Assembly: GCA_009103225.1 (NCBI GenBank)
Contig: RHPI01002071.1
Coordinates: forward strand, 1-25,101
DNA from: Chlorokybus atmophyticus
Taxonomy: Eukaryota; Plantae; Mesostigma and Chlorokybus algae
Reading direction: 5' to 3'
DNA length: 25,101 bases
Below are positions 19,518-25,101 of the stretch, one piece after another. Made by a program: the position numbers and the translations under genes. Position 1 is the stretch's first letter. Every line of letters starts with the position of its first letter. The notes below the pieces were generated by a model. That model saw only the letters and a program-made list of their open reading frames with translations. It did not search any database and was not told the origin of the DNA.

Positions 19518-21680
19518 CTGCGAGTTGCAATGCCCCTTTACAAATTGTGCGTCACATGCAGATTAAAAGCAAGTTGCAGGAAGTGTAAGGATTCTGGTTT
19601 GGGGCAGAAGTGAAGGTTGGGGCTTGAAAACCAGCAAGGTGAAAAGTTGACTTATGACATGTTAATTAAAAATCTGAACTTGAATGATACCACTACCATA
19701 CTTATGCTTATTCAGCTGCCCCGCGCGTTGTCCCTCATTCCCCACTGAAACTGCCTAAAATAGATGCATGCTGCAAAGAAAGTTATGCGCTGATTAATGG
19801 TCAGTCGGTCTGCATGTGGTCGTTGTTGCGGGGGCATCTTAGAAACTTAAGAGGTGTGTTTATGTTATATATGTTTGAATTAGTGTTTCGTATGAAAAAT
19901 AGCTTAGTGAAAGACTATTATTATATTATGTGATAGGCTGTTGTTATGCTGATTGACCCCGACCGCTTAATCCCCATCGATCATGCGTACAGCCAGCCTC
20001 ACACACTGATTATTGTCATATCGCCCGCGCGTGCTACCACTCGAGTAGCATGTTGGTTCGTAGGTAGCTATTAGTAGCAGAGCTCAATGCCATTGTCACG
20101 ATGATGACCCTCGGCAAGCATTGCTCCCTCGCACCTCATGTGCGCTCACGCCAGCATCAGGTGTTGGATAGCGTGACAAGACCCATTGACACACCGCTTT
20201 TGGGTGTCAGCCAATAAAAAGCGCGAGTAGTGGCGGCAGCCGGCATCGACAGCTTCCTTAAACAAACCCTAGGGAATTAGTCGGCACTAAGTTGCAAGTA
20301 AGCGGACTGGCGCGGAAGTGGCGGCGTTTTTTCGAAAGTCACCATTAAATTAAGTGAACCGCGTGCATGCACGCTGCCTTGTGCAAGAGTTGAGCTTGCA
20401 AGAGCTGTCGCCCAAATTTCTTTATTGTATACCTTTTTCCCTGTTGCCCTGCCCTTGGTGCTTTGTCTTTCTCCTATGTTAATGCGTTAACCTCCTGGCG
20501 TGGCCACCGCCCCGTTGCCTTCAAACGGCATCCTCCCCTGCCTAACGCGGTACTTTGCATGCCTTTCACAACCACAATCACGGTGGTGGGCATCCACTAG
20601 CTTGATGTTGGGTGAGTGCTTGCAGCATGTAAACTCGCTTCACTTAGTAAACTTGAACTACACACAAACATACTTGCATGACCTGCTGTGTGCTCGTCCA
20701 CATTCATCCTTGATCAAAGACTTTGCCGACTTGCAACTTACTCCACAGAACTTGGTTGTCACTTAAGGTGTTTGTATTTGTTTTGCTTTGTTCGTGTTCA
20801 TTGCGTGCGTGTGCATGCGTCTCAGGAGCTAAGGGCTCATCAGGGGAACCCGGCAAGCAAGAACACACAGGGTGGAGGCGAGCTGATCTTGCTACCACGC
20901 TAGCGGATTTCACTCCAGCACCTCCCCTTTCGACAGACAAAGGAGTGGGTAACCACGCTTCACCATTCACTGCAACCCTCCTATCTTCTACTCACAGCTA
21001 CCCCAGCTCCGCAAGTGAAGAAGACATGGCTGCCTGCCCCCAGCGGCAACCGAGGTAGCAATGGAAGCAGTGGAAGCGGAAGGAAGCTGGTCTTCACTGG
21101 GGCGACAGGTCCATCTCATTTTGACATTGTGACTGGCTCAGCCACTTCAATTCTGTTGTCTTAACGGTGAATGTATAAGCCCAGGACCTTGTCCTAGCTG
21201 AGCTGGGATGACAAGCAAAAGTTCATCCTCGCTACAGAGTATCTGGATGACATCGTAGTAGCTATGTGACACGAGGTTGCCTCTGCACATGAGCTTTAGG
21301 AAGATGAAAGACTGCTTCGCTCCGGCTCCTCCTTGGGTCCCACCATCTCTGCTGCGGAACGACTGGGTGCTCCACGCGCGCTGCAGTTGCTATACGCCAC
21401 CATCCACCCGCATGCAAGAGACTGACACCTGTAGCAGTATCTCGTGCACCACCGCTACCTCCAGACCTTATGTGCCTCCTGTGATGCAGGAAGGCGAGAC
21501 CACTAAAGCTTATGGCCTCACCTTAGCCCCCAGCAATGCAGTGCCGCTGTCGTTGCTGATGCCCTCACCTTGGCAGCAGCTTCTCCTGCCACAGCACCTC
21601 TCGCAGCTCGTCACTTAACAGACGAGGAGGACGTCTCCACCCTGGCAGCATCCTCACCATGGGCAGACTTAGTTCTTTGA

Positions 21681-22209
21681 TTGAGCCAGCATTTTCCCGC
21701 TTACACTGTCAAGAATGCGCAAGACTTCAGTAAGTTGAGAGGGAAGCCGAAGGAGACGCCAGTTCAGTTCAACAAGCGCATTGTCAATCTAGTTGAGGAC
21801 GCCACCCTTAACGCGATGCCTCTCCTCAACCCTTATTATCTGGCACGAGTATATGTGGAGAACCTTGACCCACCCCTGCGAAAGCATGTAAAGGCTGTGG
21901 CGAAGCCAACTACACTCTTCACGGGGCATACATGCGCGCCGTATACTGGCAAGAGGATCTGGTTCAAGAGCAAGCTGCTCACGAAAATAGTGGCCTCGCA
22001 TATCGCAGCAGCGGCACCGGTTCAGCCTCCACCCCTGCACCACCCAAGCACACGCGCTTTGCTCATGCCGTCGTGCGAGTGAAGGACAACCCTCCCAAAC
22101 CTGCCATATGTGCGGCAAGGAGGGGCACTTCATCCGAGTATGCCCGATGCCACGCGCTAATGCCGTTTGCAGACACTGCGGCATGGAAGGGCATCTTAAA
22201 GTTGTTTGC
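21681..22209 (+). pseudogene. gag: Decayed retroelement gag with two CCHC zinc knuckles
   Basis: FSKLRGKPKETPVQFNKRIVNL...VYVENLDPPLRKHV resembles a retrotransposon capsid segment. CHMCGKEGHFIRVC and CRHCGMEGHLKVVC (22102-22209) are both perfect C-x2-C-x4-H-x4-C. Frameshifts near 21920 and 22100. The remnant probably extends from about 20500 to 23070, but the limits are unproven. Confidence 0.75.
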
Positions 22210-23292
22210 TACACATTGCACTCAGAGTTGAGGGAAGCTCTGAAGGCAAAAATCTCTCCAGACGGCACTGGCGCCGACTACAAAAAAGAAATAACAGCGA
22301 CAAGGTGGAAGGCAAAGCCGGCCCATCCAATGGCAATAAGGCTGGGGTTAAGGCTGCCACCAAGGTCGCCTCTGTTGTCAAGGGCAACCCTGACCTCCTC
22401 GATGAAAGGGACGGTAGCAATCAAACATTTGCGCAGTCGGAGTGATGAACTGGAGGACCTCCTCAACTATGACCAGTTAGCGGCCTGCCCATCCACTCAA
22501 CCGTGGTGTACTCCTGCCATGAGGGGCTCATTGCCCTTCACACGGTTTGTGGGGGCAGTTTGTCGTATACTCCTTCACTCCCCACCTAGCCATTCTCCAT
22601 CCCCACCTCACCAATGCAGGGCAACTTCACCATCGGTTAAGGCTGCCGCAGCTAGCACCACCCTCGCACAATGTGAGTCTTCACTATCTGAGGCCACAGT
22701 ATCTGTTGGCGCTCATGCGGCTCGGGCCGTTACCGATCGCCGGCAACGTTAGGCAAAACTTTTCAAAAAAGTCGATAGGCACGCCATTCAGTGGGGCCGT
22801 CTGCAAACTCACTCGCGTGACGACGACATGCGCACCCGCTGCTTACCCCACTATGAAGATGAACTCACTGATGTGGCGTTCCTGTACGCTTGGCAACTGG
22901 CGGATGCATACTACTACAGTGCTTTGATAGACGACGATAACACCGTACAAGATGCATGGATGCTGAACAACCTTGGAGGCCTGATTGGCCTCGTGATGGC
23001 GCAACGCAATGCAACCGTTGGACAGGTGTTGCACCCCGCCATTGCTAGTCGGATAGAAAGGGTAGGGTTTTAGATACCCTACCACCTTTCACGCTTGCCA
23101 ACACTATCTTGTGGGTGCTCAACCTGGCTCAGCATTGCGCTGTCAGCGCTCCTGCTCGCGATGCTCGTGAATGGGGTGTGACTTTGAGTGAACTCTAGGG
23201 GGCACTGGCTCAAATCGTTGCCGAACGTCGCAGCAACCCTGCCTTCCTACTTCCATTAAGACCGCCTAGCCTGCACACGGAATCTTTTCCAC

Positions 23293-23657
23293 GGACCAGC
23301 TCTGGTCCGCACGTACGGACCAGGGCCAAAACGCCAGGGCGGCTTGGGGCCCGGACCAGGGTCGCCCGCCTTGGTCCGAGCGCGGGGACCAAGCCTGGTC
23401 AAAAACTGCGGGTTTGTCACGCTTGGTCCCGGGACCACGACCAGGGCTGGTCCCGGTCAGAAATCGGTATGAATTGGACCAGTAATGGTTCGTTGTAAGG
23501 ACGATCACTGGTCCGAGTCTTGATACAAATTACAGTAGCACCCATTGTCCTGACCATGGCTGGTGCGCGTCTATGGATACAGTGTCGTGGAACTTGGAAC
23601 CATGTGTGGTCCGGCTGGCAGTTCTGTGGTACACGCTAGCCGGCTGCAACCGGACCA
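23293..23657. repeat. Bidirectional GGACCA/TGGTCC motif array
   Basis: GGACCA at 23293, 23317, 23353, 23386, 23432, 23476 and 23652; TGGTCC at 23303, 23372, 23424, 23448, 23509 and 23607. Confidence 0.8.
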
Positions 23658-24292
23658 GCTGTATGAGCTGACCGGCAGCGGCTGAAATTGTTGTAATTCA
23701 ACTGTGCTCTGGCGGCTCACTGCAGTCAGCCGCAGCTGCAATTGAGCCGCCGCTGACCGCAGTTGGGCCGCCGCTGCTGGTGGCCTGGCGGGCGACCTGG
23801 TGCTCCATACCAAGACCACCAGGGCACGCCCGCCGCTGGCCTGGTCATGCTGGCCTGGTGGCGGCCAGCATGCTCAGACCAGCGGCGTTACCAGGCCATA
23901 GCTGTGGCTGTGGCTGCCGCCGCCAACTACCACCAGGCCACAAACACGTGCATGTCAGCCAGGCCAGCTGTTCATGGCCTAGTGCCTCGCAAGCCCACAA
24001 GGCTAAGAAACAACGCCCCTCCCTCCCCTCCCCCTCCCCCCGCCCCAAAGCATGCAATGAGCTCACAGCAATGCCGCATGGCAGTGCCATCCAAGCAGCA
24101 TACGAATGCAACAGCCACAACCAACGGCATGCAGCAAATGCTGCAGCAAATGATAGTGGTAGTTCAGCTGTAGACTTAGGCTGTTAAGACGTTTACAACA
24201 GCTATGATGATAGCTTCAAGCCATTTGATCCAAGTACTGTCCACACAATCACTCAATGTAGTGGCTACAAGCACGCATAAACAAGTTCAAAC

Positions 24293-24775
24293 CTGCTGCT
24301 CCAGTATATTGCCCACTGCAGTCCCTCCTTCCCTTGAGTGATGCGACATGTTGGCTGATGTGCGCCGCTGCCTGCATATAAGTGCCACGTTTGTGGTGCG
24401 TTCATGCGTGTGCATGAGTGTGGCTTTGATTGTGTGGGCAATTGTAACTACTAAAAGTGACGTGCGGATGCGCACGCGTGTGTGTGGGTTGCTGTTCTTA
24501 GACAGGCAGGATAGGACAAACATGTGCACGTGCATGCACACATGCACACATAAGTAATGCTCACTGAGCTGACTGAGTCTTCACAACGCATGCACGAATG
24601 CACGCATGCACGCACACTCATGCGCATGCGCACACACGCACCCATCGTACCTTAAGGTGGTGGATGGCGAGAGAGGTAGTGCTTACGAACAAAGCCGTGC
24701 ACACCCTTAACTCTTATTATTTCTTTCCTCAACTGCGGGGTTGCTGCTTGCCAGCTTGGGAGGCAGTCCGTGCTC
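24293..24775 (-). other. Two candidate exons of a second, unidentified gene or pseudogene
   Basis: AG/GT-bounded segments 24775-24651 and 24371-24293 are flanked by CA/TG-rich low-complexity DNA like the sulfotransferase introns. The phases are compatible, but a TAA at 24654-24652 interrupts the frame. Confidence 0.25.
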
Positions 24776-24946
24776 CTGCACGTGCGCGTGCGCACATATG
24801 TGCGCACATGCTTGCATGCGTGCCAGTGTGCGCGTGTGTGCAAGGAGAAAAAGAGCGCGTGCATGTGTGTGTACACGCAAGAACAACTCACGACTCTGTT
24901 GTTCACGCATAGCATACGCACTGAACTGTCGCATAGGCCGCCATGA

Positions 24947-25061
24947 CCAGTGCCGCCTATGAGACTCTCATAGGCTGTACAGGCGGGCTCATAGACCGCA
25001 CTGGCAAGTGCGGCCCATGAAACAGTGCCGCCTACATAAACTGTCTCATAGGCGGCGCTGG
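24947..25061. mobile_element. 115-bp MITE-like element with 19-bp terminal inverted repeats
   Basis: ccagtgccgcctatgagac (24947-24965) pairs with gtctcataggcggcgctgg (25043-25061) at 18/19 positions; internal copies of the same motif form three small hairpins; no clean TSD found. Confidence 0.5.
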
Positions 25062-25063
25062 CA

Positions 25064-25066
<3 letters not shown>

Positions 25067-25101
<35 letters not shown>
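25067..25101. repeat. (GA)n microsatellite truncated by the window end
   Basis: 35 bp of perfect GA repeat running to the last base. Confidence 0.95.

Noticed and set aside
20264-20271. AAACCCTA telo-box-like motif
   Set aside because: A single 8-mer with no identified downstream host gene; significance unclear in a TTAGGG host.
22921-22938. ALIDDD as a degenerate aspartic protease active site after the gag knuckles
   Set aside because: Lacks the D-[ST]-G triad and the downstream hydrophobic-LG motif.
1-25101. tRNA, rRNA or CRISPR arrays
   Set aside because: No cloverleaf, rRNA-like segment or regularly spaced repeat-spacer structure was seen; the motif arrays have irregular spacing and very short units.

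Overview
Left end of a eukaryotic chromosome: the window opens with (CCCTAA)13, a TTAGGG-type telomere, and ends inside a (GA)n microsatellite. The retroelements and the tRNA-iMet primer site suggest an alga or other green-lineage host, but this is inference. Contents: (1) about 0.9 kb of subtelomeric DNA with nested inverted repeats and a short-motif array. (2) A decayed + strand Ty3/Gypsy retrotransposon (about 1568-7218) with domain order Gag - aspartic protease - C5 cytosine DNA methyltransferase - RT - RNase H - integrase (catalytic core deleted) - PHD finger; no LTR pair was found. (3) About 3 kb of unexplained DNA containing an 86-bp hairpin. (4) One apparently intact five-exon host gene on the - strand (10379-12136, 388 aa) encoding a signal-anchored PAPS-dependent sulfotransferase of the heparan-sulfate 3-O-sulfotransferase-like fold. 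(5) A structurally complete, young chromovirus (13472-19517, - strand) with 672-bp LTRs differing at 2 positions, a CTGCG target-site duplication, PBS, PPT and chromodomain, but with coding lesions including a stop right behind its -1 frameshift signal. (6) A decayed gag with two CCHC knuckles, a GGACCA motif array, possible exons of a second gene and a small MITE-like element. The most notable item is the retrotransposon that carries both a DNA-methylation writer and a histone-reader domain. From memory, methyltransferase-carrying retrotransposons have been reported in charophyte algae and dinoflagellates, so its novelty depends on the host lineage and phylogeny. No rRNA, tRNA or CRISPR features were seen.
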